Assembly (NCBI GenBank): GCA_034101395.1
Contig: JAXEJU010000045.1
Coordinates: 1,378-65,377 of the forward strand
DNA from: Eubacterium sp.
GTDB lineage: Bacteria; Bacillota; Clostridia; Lachnospirales; Lachnospiraceae
Direction: 5' to 3'
DNA length: 64,000 nucleotides
In this document: positions 52,129-61,890 of the stretch, in pieces
Layout: each line of letters starts with the position of its first letter
Numbering within the stretch: the stretch's first letter is position 1
Program-made: the position numbers and the translations under genes
Notes under the pieces: model-generated
The model's input: only the letters and a program-made list of their open reading frames with translations
What the model was told of the DNA's origin: nothing
Database searches by the model: none

Positions 52129-52958
52129 ATAAACGGGTATTACGATTTCCGGACGGTTTAAAGAAAGCAGTTACACTGAGCTATGATGACTGTATAGAGG
52201 CAGACAATAAACTAATCGGTATGATGGAAAAATATCAGATGAAGGGTACCTTTAATCTGATTCCCGGGTGGTTTGCCAAAGAAGGAACAGTGTATCCGGA
52301 AGAGGAAACTTATCGTCTTGTGACAGAATCTATGGCAAAAGAAATGTATGATAATCCTCTGGTTGAAGTGGCTAATCATGGAGATCAGCATAAATACATG
52401 ACATCTTTATCTACGGCTGAGATGGCTGATGATATGATTACCTGTCGGAAGAAACTGGAAAAAATGTATGGGAGAAATGTGCGTGGGATGGCATATCCAT
52501 ATGGCTGGTACAGTCCGGAATTGATGAATGTACTGGATATGTGTGGTGTGGCATATTCGCGAACAGTTAACAGTACTCATAGGTTTGAACTTCCGGAAAA
52601 CTGGCTGACATGGCATCCAACCTGTCACCATGATGATGAGAAGCTGATGGAACTGACGAATCAGTTTCTTTCTTTGCAGGTAGAAGACCAGCCAAAGTTG
52701 TTGTATGTCTGGGGACATACTTTTGAATTTGAGAGAAATAAGAATTGGAACCGGATGGAAGAATTTATGCAGAAAATATCCGGAAATGAAGATATCTGGT
52801 ATGCAACTAACATAGAAATTTATGAGTATGTGAAAGCATATGAGAGACTGGAAATATCTGCGGATGGAACGAGAATTGTAAATTCATCCAGAATTCCTGT
52901 ATGGACAGAGATTGACGGAACTATTTTTAAAGTAGAGGAGGAATTGATACTTTCATGA
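52125..52958 (+). CDS. Polysaccharide deacetylase (CE4/NodB-like)
   Basis: TLSYDD, ANHGDQH, AYPYG, YVWGH; no signal peptide. Confidence 0.88.
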   Translation: MNKRVLRFPDGLKKAVTLSYDDCIEADNKLIGMMEKYQMKGTFNLIPGWFAKEGTVYPEEETYRLVTESMAKEMYDNPLVEVANHGDQHKYMTSLSTAEMADDMITCRKKLEKMYGRNVRGMAYPYGWYSPELMNVLDMCGVAYSRTVNSTHRFELPENWLTWHPTCHHDDEKLMELTNQFLSLQVEDQPKLLYVWGHTFEFERNKNWNRMEEFMQKISGNEDIWYATNIEIYEYVKAYERLEISADGTRIVNSSRIPVWTEIDGTIFKVEEELILS

Positions 52959-53929
52959 AAAAGTATGTGATACTTACGGGGACACTGTGTCTGTTTCTCT
53001 TCTGCGGATTATTCTGTGGACAGAGAGCAAGAGCTGCTACGCCGGTGCAGAAGTGGGGACAGCTTTCTGTTAAGGGAACTGATATTGTTAATAAGAACGG
53101 AAAAAAAGTGCAGCTAAAAGGAGTTAGCACACATGGGATTGCGTGGTTTCCGCAGTATGTGAATAAGTCCTGTTTTCAGAGTTTTCGAAAAATGGGGGCA
53201 GACACAATCCGGCTTGCCCTGTACAGTGATCCGAATGCCGGTTTTTCTACGAGCCTGTATGACAAAGTAGAAGAGGGGGTCCGAATTGCAACAGAACTCG
53301 GAATGTACGTTATCATAGACTGGCATATTCTCAGTGACGGTAACCCGAAGACATACCAGAAACAGGCTCTTAGTTTTTTTACCAGATTTGCAAAAAAATA
53401 TGGAAATCAGAAGAATATACTGTATGAAATCTGTAATGAGCCAAATGGCGATGTCACATGGGAGCGGGATATCCGCCCGTATGCCAATAAAGTAATTAAT
53501 CGGATCCGTAAATACGATAAAAAAAATATCATCATTGTGGGAACACCGACATGGTCCCAGGACGTGGATATTGCGGCTGCAAAACCTTTGAAGCAGAAAA
53601 ATCTTGTATATGCACTGCATTTTTATGCAGCTACCCATACCGATGCTATTCGTCAGAAATTGAAAAAAGCGCATCAGATGGGACTTCCGGTTCTGGTATC
53701 CGAATTTAATATTTGCGATGCTTCCGGCAATGGTACGATAGATAAAAAGAGCGGTAATCAGTGGATGAAACTTTTAAAGAAGTATAAGATTGGTTATATC
53801 GCGTGGAATATTTCAAATAAAAATGAAACCTCTGCATTAATCAAACCGTCGTGTCAGAAAACAGGAGGATTTACAAAATCAAATCTCTCAAAGACCGGCA
53901 GATTTATTGCAGCATGGTGGAAAAAATAA
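52955..53929 (+). CDS. Secreted GH5 glycoside hydrolase (cellulase-like)
   Basis: Signal peptide; IIDWH, NEP acid/base, LHFYA, VSEF nucleophile. Confidence 0.9.
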   Translation: MKKYVILTGTLCLFLFCGLFCGQRARAATPVQKWGQLSVKGTDIVNKNGKKVQLKGVSTHGIAWFPQYVNKSCFQSFRKMGADTIRLALYSDPNAGFSTSLYDKVEEGVRIATELGMYVIIDWHILSDGNPKTYQKQALSFFTRFAKKYGNQKNILYEICNEPNGDVTWERDIRPYANKVINRIRKYDKKNIIIVGTPTWSQDVDIAAAKPLKQKNLVYALHFYAATHTDAIRQKLKKAHQMGLPVLVSEFNICDASGNGTIDKKSGNQWMKLLKKYKIGYIAWNISNKNETSALIKPSCQKTGGFTKSNLSKTGRFIAAWWKK

Positions 53930-53947
53930 AAAGCAGGAGGTTTTGGT

Positions 53948-54571
53948 ATGAGTATCAAAATTCAGAAAGTAACAGATGAGAGTTTTAAAAAGTATGGACG
54001 AGTTCTTACATCGGATTATGATGTGGCAGAACTTATCGGGGAGATGGGAAAAACTCCCTGCCCGGATGATGTGATTTATATTCCATCCGATCCGGAACTT
54101 GAGAAACTGGCGATTATGAAAGATTTTACAGACAGCCTTTATGGCGGACTTCCAATTCAGATTGGTTATTGTAATGGTCATAATAATCGTCTCAATGCTG
54201 TCGAGTATCACCGTTCGTCAGAGGTCAATGTAGCCTGTACAGATGTGATTCTGCTGATTGGAAGTGAGCAGGACATCGAGGATGACTTTACTTACGATAC
54301 CAGTAAAATCGAGGCATTTCTTCTTCCGGCAGGAACGGTGGCAGAAGTTTATGCAACCACATTGCACTACGCACCATGCGGTGTAGACGGGGAAGGGTTC
54401 CGCTGCGTTGTGGTACTTCCAAAAGATACGAATCTTGACCTTGAGGTAAAACCGGGAAAAGCTAAAGAAGATAAGCTTTTAGTTGCCCGCAATAAGTGGC
54501 TGATTGCTCATGAAGATGCCAAAATTCCGGGAGCATTTAATGGTCTGAAAGGTGAGAATATCGAGATTTAA
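53948..54571 (+). CDS. DUF4867-like protein
   Basis: QIGYCNGHN..LNAVEYHRSSEVN, YATTLHYAP, NKWLIAH. Confidence 0.75.
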   Translation: MSIKIQKVTDESFKKYGRVLTSDYDVAELIGEMGKTPCPDDVIYIPSDPELEKLAIMKDFTDSLYGGLPIQIGYCNGHNNRLNAVEYHRSSEVNVACTDVILLIGSEQDIEDDFTYDTSKIEAFLLPAGTVAEVYATTLHYAPCGVDGEGFRCVVVLPKDTNLDLEVKPGKAKEDKLLVARNKWLIAHEDAKIPGAFNGLKGENIEI

Positions 54572-54592
54572 AACATATCATTTATTACTAAG

Positions 54593-54642
54593 AGAAGCTG
54601 TCGCTTTCATGATTAAAAATCAGTCATGAAGCGGCAGCTTCT
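54593..54642. terminator. Bidirectional terminator-like hairpin
   Basis: AGAAGCTGTCGCTT...AAGCGGCAGCTTCT between convergent genes. Confidence 0.75.
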
Positions 54643-54670
54643 TATTATGTTATGTGCGACAGAACTTTTG

Positions 54671-56494
54671 TTATTCTACCGTTACACTCTTTGCCAGATT
54701 TCTTGGCTGGTCTACATTGAGTCCCTTTTCTACTGCTACATAATATGCGAGATACTGCATGATAACCGCACTGACAAAAGGAGAGAAAAGCGGGTCTGTC
54801 TCCGGAAGTACGATGTGGTGGTCACAGAGTGCAGAATCTACAACAGCGTTCGGCGAGGTCACTAAAATTACACGGGCACCGCGGGAACGTACTTCCTGAA
54901 CATTGCTGATGATTTTCGCAAATACATCCGGCTGGGTGGCAAAAGCAACTACCGGAACATTATCCGTAATCAGAGAGATTGTTCCGTGTTTTAATTCTCC
55001 CGCTGCATATGCCTCGGAATGAATGTAGCTGATTTCCTTTAATTTCAGGGATGCTTCGCAGGAAAGCGCATAGTCAAGTCCTCTGCCGAGGAAGAAAATA
55101 TCTTCACTGACGGAAATACGTTTGGAAATGTTTTCAACCTGGGCATCATACTCGAGAACATCTTCAACACGGTCTATTGTATCCATCATTTTTTTCATAT
55201 AGGCTGCAGCTTCTTCGTGGGAAATCTTTCCAGTAGCAAGAGCAAAGCGGAATGCGAGCAGATACATAACCGCCATCTGGACGGTATAGGCTTTTGTGCT
55301 CGCAACAGCAATTTCCGGACCCGCATGAGTATAGAGAACATAGTCACTTTCTCTTGCAATAGAAGAGCCTTTTACATTTACAATAGAGAGCGTTTTCGCC
55401 CCGCGTTCTTTGCCAAGACGCAGCGCTGCCAGCGTATCGGCTGTTTCTCCTGACTGCGATACCGTGATCAAAAGGGTACGATTATCGATAATTGGATTCT
55501 GATACCGGAACTCAGAGGCAATTTCTACAGTTACCGGTACACGGCACAATCGTTCAATCATATTTTTTCCCATTAAACCGGCGTGCATGGCTGTACCGCA
55601 GGCGGTAATTACAATGCGGTTAATATTTTCAAAAATGGAGTCGTCTACCGAATCCTCTGTAAAATCAGGAATTCCACCTACAAAACGCGGACGGATGGTA
55701 TTGCGGAGTGCTTCCGGCTGCTCATGGATTTCTTTCATCATGAAATAGTCATAGCCGCCTTTTTTTGCCGCGGCAACATCCCAGCTGATATGATGGATAT
55801 GTGGGCCGTACACTTCGCCGTGTTCATCGCGTACAATAATCTCATCTTTTGTTATTTTGGCGATATGTCCCTCTTTGAGAACAAAATAATGTTTGGTATA
55901 GCTTACCAGGGCTACCATATCGGAAGCGATAATAGAGCCTTTGTCGGTATGGGCAGCAACCAGTGGTGATCCGTTGCGCACCGCATAAATAGTCTCAGGA
56001 ATATCTGAAAACATAATACAGAAGCCATAGGCACCTTCCAGTTTTCGAATGGCATTGTGAATGGCGGCTTCCGGATCTCCTTTGTAACAGTCGTTAATTA
56101 CCATAGCGGCAATCTCGGTGTCTGTCTGGGACACAGGTTCCATTCCTTTTTGTTCCAATTCTTCTTTTAATTCTTTATAATTCTCGATTATTCCATTATG
56201 GATCAGAGTAACACGACCTGCCGTATGAGGATGTGCATTTGTATCGGATACTCCGCCATGGGTTGCCCATCGCGTGTGTCCAATTCCGCAGGTAGTGACA
56301 TCATCTGCATGTTCTGCTGAAACTTTATCTCTGAGACACGAAACCTTTCCTATCGTTTTTACCGTTTTTATCGTATTATTCATAAAATATGCAATGCCGG
56401 CACTGTCATAACCCCGGTATTCCAATGTCTGTAAACCGCTGATCAAAGCCTTTTTTGCGTCCTGAATTCCTACATATCCGATAATTCCACACAT
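54671..56494 (-). CDS. glmS: Glutamine--fructose-6-phosphate aminotransferase
   Basis: MCGIIG, GHTRWATHG, SQSGETAD, PRNLAKSVTVE. Confidence 0.98.
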   Translation of the reverse strand: MCGIIGYVGIQDAKKALISGLQTLEYRGYDSAGIAYFMNNTIKTVKTIGKVSCLRDKVSAEHADDVTTCGIGHTRWATHGGVSDTNAHPHTAGRVTLIHNGIIENYKELKEELEQKGMEPVSQTDTEIAAMVINDCYKGDPEAAIHNAIRKLEGAYGFCIMFSDIPETIYAVRNGSPLVAAHTDKGSIIASDMVALVSYTKHYFVLKEGHIAKITKDEIIVRDEHGEVYGPHIHHISWDVAAAKKGGYDYFMMKEIHEQPEALRNTIRPRFVGGIPDFTEDSVDDSIFENINRIVITACGTAMHAGLMGKNMIERLCRVPVTVEIASEFRYQNPIIDNRTLLITVSQSGETADTLAALRLGKERGAKTLSIVNVKGSSIARESDYVLYTHAGPEIAVASTKAYTVQMAVMYLLAFRFALATGKISHEEAAAYMKKMMDTIDRVEDVLEYDAQVENISKRISVSEDIFFLGRGLDYALSCEASLKLKEISYIHSEAYAAGELKHGTISLITDNVPVVAFATQPDVFAKIISNVQEVRSRGARVILVTSPNAVVDSALCDHHIVLPETDPLFSPFVSAVIMQYLAYYVAVEKGLNVDQPRNLAKSVTVE

Positions 56495-56553
56495 TTTTTA
56501 ACCCTCATTTCTGCGTTGACTTTAGTATTAATATATTAGTTTTATTATATGTG

Positions 56554-56632
56554 ATAGTATCATTTCCTGTTACGGATGTCAAGAAAGCCTGAAGGATTAA
56601 AGGTTGCGAAAAAACGTTGTATGCTGTATACT
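56554..56632. promoter_or_regulatory. Back-to-back SigA promoters (glmS on -, cyclase gene on +)
   Basis: Minus strand TTGACA(56582-56577)-N17-TACTAT; plus strand TTGCGA(56604)-N17-TATACT. Confidence 0.65.
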
Positions 56633-56679
56633 TTGATACAGAGAAAAAGCACAAATGAATGTGCGGAAATGAGGACAGA

Positions 56680-57792
56680 ATGAGCAGTTTTCGCGTAGAA
56701 CTAAAAAAAGTAGTAGATGATTCTTATGATGTACAGATTGGACAGAATCTGGTTCCGGTTCTGATTCAGGACATTCAGAATGGATTGGCGGGAAAAATAA
56801 ATAAATTTGCGGTAATCACGGACACTGAAGTGGAAAAACGGTATGCCGCTCCGATATTATCCGAATTAAAGAAAGCGGGATATCAGGGTGATTTGTTTGT
56901 GTTCCCGGCTGGGGAAAAGAGTAAGGTGCGTAAAACAAAGGAAATGCTTGAGGATGCTATGCTTGCAAAAGAGTATAGAAGAGACTGCTGTGTGATTGCA
57001 GTAGGTGGTGGTGTCGTGACGGATCTGGCTGGATTTCTGGCGGGAACATTTGGCAGAGGGGTTCCATTTATAAATTTTGCTACAACGCTTTTGTCGGCTG
57101 CGGATGCGTCTATTGGAGGAAAAACTGCGGTGGATACAGATCTTGCCACCAATCTGATCGGACTGATTTACCAGCCGCTTAAAGTGTATGTGGATATTGA
57201 TACGTGGAAGACTCTTCCAGGGCGTCATCTGACCAATGGTATGGCTGAGACAATAAAACATGCCTGTCTGGCAGATCGTGAGCTGTTTGAGTATATCGAA
57301 AATCATCTCGACGATATCCTTTCCTGCGATCCGGATGCCTGTATTTATATTTCCGAACGCAATTGCGCAGTAAAATATAATGTTGTCATGAAAGATGAAA
57401 AAGAAAAAAATCTCCGGGAAGTTTTAAATCTTGGTCATACTGTTGGACGTGCCATTGAGACGGTGAGTGATTACCGGCTGCTTCATGGGGAAGCACTCTC
57501 GATAGGAATGACGGCACAGGTGAATCTTGGCTGTAAGTGCGGGTATGTCACAGAAGCAGAGAAAAATCGCGTAATCGCGCTTTTGAAAAAAACCGGTTTG
57601 CCGGTAGAAGTTCCGGAGTATATCGATAAAGAGGAACTGGTAAAAAAATTGTACACCGACAAAAAAGTGCGGAATGGTAAACTACGATTTGTTTTCCAAA
57701 AGGGAATCGGGGAGGTAATGACATTTGGAGATGAAGTATATGCCAGACCGGTAGCAGAGGATGAAATCCGCGATATTTTGTCAAAAATGTAA
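56680..57792 (+). CDS. 3-dehydroquinate synthase-like sugar-phosphate cyclase (atypical residues)
   Basis: GGGVVTD, TTLL..D.SIGGK, AETIK, LNLGHT, HGEA, DKK; but ATN replaces GKN and GRAIE replaces GHAIE. Confidence 0.8.
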   Translation: MSSFRVELKKVVDDSYDVQIGQNLVPVLIQDIQNGLAGKINKFAVITDTEVEKRYAAPILSELKKAGYQGDLFVFPAGEKSKVRKTKEMLEDAMLAKEYRRDCCVIAVGGGVVTDLAGFLAGTFGRGVPFINFATTLLSAADASIGGKTAVDTDLATNLIGLIYQPLKVYVDIDTWKTLPGRHLTNGMAETIKHACLADRELFEYIENHLDDILSCDPDACIYISERNCAVKYNVVMKDEKEKNLREVLNLGHTVGRAIETVSDYRLLHGEALSIGMTAQVNLGCKCGYVTEAEKNRVIALLKKTGLPVEVPEYIDKEELVKKLYTDKKVRNGKLRFVFQKGIGEVMTFGDEVYARPVAEDEIRDILSKM

Positions 57793-57808
57793 GGGATTTA
57801 GGTGTCTG

Positions 57809-57837
57809 TTGACAATATGGAATTTGTGTGCTACACT
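57809..57837 (+). promoter_or_regulatory. SigA promoter of the thi operon
   Basis: TTGACA-N17-TACACT with extended TG. Confidence 0.75.
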
Positions 57838-57849
57838 TGAAGACAGATT

Positions 57850-57910
57850 GGGGATATCTCAAGAAGGGGCACACCACCACGGGTGTGGATTTTCTTGTGA
57901 TATCCTTTTT
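57850..57910 (+). ncRNA. Probable HMP-PP riboswitch (thiS motif), an aptamer embedded in a terminator
   Basis: Long imperfect hairpin GGATATC/GATATCC, CAAGAA/TTCTTG, CACACC/GGTGTG plus T5, between promoter and thiS; no TPP aptamer present. Confidence 0.65.
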
Positions 57911-57952
57911 GAATATTTATCGTGCATATTCTGTGTGCAGAAAGGAGAAAAC

Positions 57953-58150
57953 ATGATTCGTATTAATGGTGAAGATAAAAACGGTTACGATGATGTATCT
58001 GTCGAAGAGATGGTGAAGAGAGAGAACTTCAGCAAAGACCGTATTGCGGTAGAGGTGAATGGAGATATCGTCAGCAAAAGTGTATACCATGAAACGATAC
58101 TTCATTCCGGAGATATAGTAGAAGTTGTCAGTTTTGTCGGTGGAGGCTGA
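57953..58150 (+). CDS. thiS: Sulfur carrier protein ThiS
   Basis: IAVEVNG, GDIVEVVSFVGGG; RBS AAGGAG. Confidence 0.95.
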   Translation: MIRINGEDKNGYDDVSVEEMVKRENFSKDRIAVEVNGDIVSKSVYHETILHSGDIVEVVSFVGGG

Positions 58151-58204
58151 AATCGCCTGAAAAAGTAGAATAGATAATAAGATTAAAAGAAAATGGAGAA
58201 AATG

Positions 58205-58996
58205 ATGAATAAAAAAGAAGATAAATTAATACTTGGGGGACATGAGTTTGATTCCCGTTTTATCCTGGGATCCGGGAAATATTCCCTGGATCTGATCAAG
58301 GCTTCTGTAGAGAATGCAGGAGCACAGATTATTACACTTGCACTTCGTCGTGCAAACCAGAACGGAAGAGCAAATATTCTTGACTTTATTCCGGAAGGTG
58401 TAACGCTTTTACCGAACACCTCCGGTGCGAGAAATGCAGAAGAAGCTGTTCGGATTGCCCGTTTATCACGTGAGGTTGGCTGTGGTGATTTTGTAAAAAT
58501 TGAAATTATGAGAGATACCAAATATCTTTTGCCGGATAATCATGAGACCATTAAAGCGACAGAAATTCTTGCCAAAGAGGGATTTATTGTTATGCCATAT
58601 ATGTATCCGGACCTGAATGTGGCAAGAGATTTAAAAGAAGCTGGGGCTGCGTCCATTATGCCGCTTGCTGCGCCGATTGGTTCGAATAAAGGGCTTTGCA
58701 CGAAAGAATTTATCCAGATTTTGATTGATGAAATTGATCTGCCTGTTATCGTAGATGCCGGAATCGGAAAACCATCTGAGGCATGTGCAGCGATGGAAAT
58801 GGGAGCTGCTGCTATCATGGCAAATACCGGTATTGCTACGGCGGGTGATATCCCGGCAATGGCAGAGGCATTCAAACTTGCCATTGAGGCAGGAAGAACT
58901 GCTTATCTGGCGGGAACCGGCCGCGTACTGGAACGCGGGGGGAGTGCATCCTCACCGCTTACCGGTTATATTCAGGACGGAAGTAAAGAAGATTAG
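58205..58996 (+). CDS. thiG: Thiazole synthase
   Basis: [24 protein letters not shown]; alternative starts at 58193 and 58202. Confidence 0.96.
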   Translation: MNKKEDKLILGGHEFDSRFILGSGKYSLDLIKASVENAGAQIITLALRRANQNGRANILDFIPEGVTLLPNTSGARNAEEAVRIARLSREVGCGDFVKIEIMRDTKYLLPDNHETIKATEILAKEGFIVMPYMYPDLNVARDLKEAGAASIMPLAAPIGSNKGLCTKEFIQILIDEIDLPVIVDAGIGKPSEACAAMEMGAAAIMANTGIATAGDIPAMAEAFKLAIEAGRTAYLAGTGRVLERGGSASSPLTGYIQDGSKED

Positions 58997-59078
58997 GTGG
59001 AAGAATAAGTTTGATAACTTATTTTTCACACGGCTATTTGTGCCGCAGGCGTAAGCGCCTGCGGAATGGAGGATTAAT

Positions 59079-60287
59079 ATGGCAATCGAGAAAGTAAATG
59101 AAAGTATACTCAGTAAATCTGTTCTTGAAGATATGAAAGAGAATCGGATTGATCATATGACATATCTTGAGGGTATGGAAGTACTGGACTCGGATATTGA
59201 TAAACAGGTAATTGAGGCAATGAATGCCTATGATTATGATTCATATACCGCAGCGGATGTGAAACGGGCAATTTATAAGGACAACCGTACACTGGAGGAT
59301 TTTGGAGCTTTGCTGTCGCCGGCAGCTCTGCCGTTTTTAGAGGAAATGGCACAGATGGCGCAAAAGGAGACAAGAAAGCATTTTGGAAATTCCATTATGA
59401 TGTTTACACCACTGTATATTTCCAATTATTGTTCCAATTATTGTATTTACTGTGGATTTAACTGTCACAATAAAATCCGCCGCGCAAAACTGAATGCCGA
59501 AGAGATTGAGCAGGAGATGATGGAAATCGCAAAAAGCGGGCTTCAGGAAATCCTGATTCTGACAGGTGAAAGTCCGGAAATGTCCGACGTTTCTTATATT
59601 GGAGAGGCGATAAAAATTGCCAGAAAGTATTTTAAGGTAATCGGATTGGAAGTTTATCCGACCAACTCTGACAACTACCGGTATTGGCACGAATGTGGTG
59701 CGGATTATGTAACGGTATTTCAAGAAACGTATAATTCTGATAAATACGAGACACTGCATCTGGCGGGAAACAAACGAATTTTCCCATACCGGGTAAACTC
59801 GCAGGAGAGAGCATTGAAGGGTGGTATGCGCGGTGTTGGATTTGCTGCTCTTCTCGGTCTTGATGATTTTAGAAAAGATGCTTATGCAACGGGAACGCAT
59901 GCCTTTCTTTTGCAGCGGAAATATCCGCATGCAGAGATTGCATTTTCCTGTCCGCGACTTCGTCCAATCATCAACAATGACCGAATCAATCCGATGGATG
60001 TACACGAGGCACAGCTTTTGCAGGTTGTGTGTGCCTACCGACTGCTTCTTCCATTTGCATCTATTACCATTTCAACTCGTGAATGTGAGCGCGTCCGCGA
60101 CAATTTGATTCAGATTTGTGCGACAAAGATTTCTGCCGGTGTTGATGTGGGAATCGGCGGTCACAGCGGAGAGGAAAAAGGGGACGAGCAGTTCGAAATT
60201 GATGATACAAGAAATGTGCAGGAAATCTTTGATGCGATTTTGTCAAAGAATCTCCAGCCGGTTATGAGTGATTATATCTATGTATAG
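59079..60287 (+). CDS. thiH: 2-iminoacetate synthase (radical SAM tyrosine lyase)
   Basis: CSNYCIYC, FQETY, PRLRP, ISTRE, EQFEIDD.R. Confidence 0.95.
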   Translation: MAIEKVNESILSKSVLEDMKENRIDHMTYLEGMEVLDSDIDKQVIEAMNAYDYDSYTAADVKRAIYKDNRTLEDFGALLSPAALPFLEEMAQMAQKETRKHFGNSIMMFTPLYISNYCSNYCIYCGFNCHNKIRRAKLNAEEIEQEMMEIAKSGLQEILILTGESPEMSDVSYIGEAIKIARKYFKVIGLEVYPTNSDNYRYWHECGADYVTVFQETYNSDKYETLHLAGNKRIFPYRVNSQERALKGGMRGVGFAALLGLDDFRKDAYATGTHAFLLQRKYPHAEIAFSCPRLRPIINNDRINPMDVHEAQLLQVVCAYRLLLPFASITISTRECERVRDNLIQICATKISAGVDVGIGGHSGEEKGDEQFEIDDTRNVQEIFDAILSKNLQPVMSDYIYV

Positions 60288-60855
60288 AATAGCAGTGACG
60301 AACCGGAAGCTATGCGATGGTGATTTTTTAGCGCGAATCCGGGAACTGGCGGCCGGCAGTTATTATCAGGCAATTATGCTGCGTGAAAAGGATTTGCCGG
60401 AAACCGAATATAAAGTCTTGGCAAAAGAGGTACTGGAAATTTGCAAAAAAGAAGAAAAGATTTGTATTTTGCACAGCTATCCCAATGTGGCGATGGAATT
60501 CGGTCATCCGTATCTGCACCTGCCACTTCCGGTTTGGGAAAAAATGCAGAGACCGGAGCGACAGCAACTTCGAGAGCGTATGACAAAGATGGGGACATCG
60601 GTGCACTCGAAAGAACAGTTGCATAAGGCGTTACTGCTCGGGGCAGATTATGTGTGTGCCGGTCACATTTTTACGACAGACTGTAAAAAGGATTTACCTC
60701 CAAGAGGACTGGATTTTTTGAGAGAAATGTGTTCGGACAGTCCGGTTCCGGTATATGCTATAGGGGGAATACGGGAAGACAATGAGTATTTGACGACAAA
60801 GCAGGGAGCTGCAGGCGTTTGTATTATGTCAGGCTCTATGAAAGGGATTGTATAA
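60280..60855 (+). CDS. Thiamine phosphate synthase / TenI family protein
   Basis: LREKDL, SVHS, GHIFTTDCK, YAIGGI. Confidence 0.85.
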   Translation: MYRIAVTNRKLCDGDFLARIRELAAGSYYQAIMLREKDLPETEYKVLAKEVLEICKKEEKICILHSYPNVAMEFGHPYLHLPLPVWEKMQRPERQQLRERMTKMGTSVHSKEQLHKALLLGADYVCAGHIFTTDCKKDLPPRGLDFLREMCSDSPVPVYAIGGIREDNEYLTTKQGAAGVCIMSGSMKGIV

Positions 60856-60885
60856 ATAAAAATCGTGAGTTAGGAGTGTGTAAAA

Positions 60886-61803
60886 GTGCCAATAAAAATT
60901 AAAGATTCTTTACCGGCGCAAAAGACGCTTGAGGGTGAAAATATATTTGTAATGACGGAGTACCGTGCAATGCATCAGGATATCCGTCCGCTTCATGTTC
61001 TTATTCTGAATCTGATGCCGACGAAAATTGTCACGGAAACCCAGCTTCTCCGTAAGCTTTCCAATACACCGCTTCAGGTAGAGGTGGAATTTCTGCAGAC
61101 AGCAAGTTATCAGTCAAAGCATGTAGAATCCAGCCATCTGGAAACATTTTATACAGTTTTTGATGAAATAAAAGAGTGCAATTATGATGGGATGATAATT
61201 ACCGGAGCACCTCTTGACTATACCGATTTTGAAGATGTTGCATACTGGGACGAGATATGCAAAATTATGGAGTGGAGTAAAACCCATGTACACAGCACCC
61301 TGTATATGTGCTGGGGAGCATATGCCGGCTTGTATTATCATTATGGCATTCCCAATGTATATCTGCCGGAAAAGCTTTCCGGTGTATATGAACATCAGGT
61401 ATTGAAAAAAAATTCACCACTTTTCCGTGGTTTTGACGATACTTTTGTGGCGCCTCAGTCCCGTGCCATGACGGTACGTCAGGAGGATGTGGAAAAAGTT
61501 CCACAATTGGAGATACTTGCCGTTTCTGAGGAAGCGGGCATTACCATGTTGAAAACAAAGGACAGCAGGCAGTTTTTCATGACCTGTCATCCGGAATATG
61601 ACGCGGATACGCTTGCACTCGAATATCAGCGTGATAAGGAAAAAGGATTAAATCCCAAAATTCCGGTCAACTACTTCCCAGACGATAATCCGGAGAATAA
61701 ACCAATTGTCCGCTGGCGCTCTGCGGGACAACTCTTTTACAGCAACTGGCTCAATTATTATGTGTACCAGAGTACCCCGTATGATGTGACAGAAATACAA
61801 TAA
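60886..61803 (+). CDS. metA: Homoserine O-acyltransferase (MetA family)
   Basis: LNLMP, ITGAP, CWGA, HPEYD, NWLNY. Confidence 0.95.
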   Translation: MPIKIKDSLPAQKTLEGENIFVMTEYRAMHQDIRPLHVLILNLMPTKIVTETQLLRKLSNTPLQVEVEFLQTASYQSKHVESSHLETFYTVFDEIKECNYDGMIITGAPLDYTDFEDVAYWDEICKIMEWSKTHVHSTLYMCWGAYAGLYYHYGIPNVYLPEKLSGVYEHQVLKKNSPLFRGFDDTFVAPQSRAMTVRQEDVEKVPQLEILAVSEEAGITMLKTKDSRQFFMTCHPEYDADTLALEYQRDKEKGLNPKIPVNYFPDDNPENKPIVRWRSAGQLFYSNWLNYYVYQSTPYDVTEIQ

Positions 61804-61890
61804 AGACATAAGAAGCTTCTTGTCTGAAAAGGAAAGATATGGTATAGTTTTAGTAACATTTCATGTAGAAAATCACAAAGGGGGCTTACT

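Noticed and set aside
57761-57952. N-terminal extension of ThiS in the ORF track
   Set aside because: It overlaps the promoter and leader hairpin; the true start is ATG 57953 after AAGGAG
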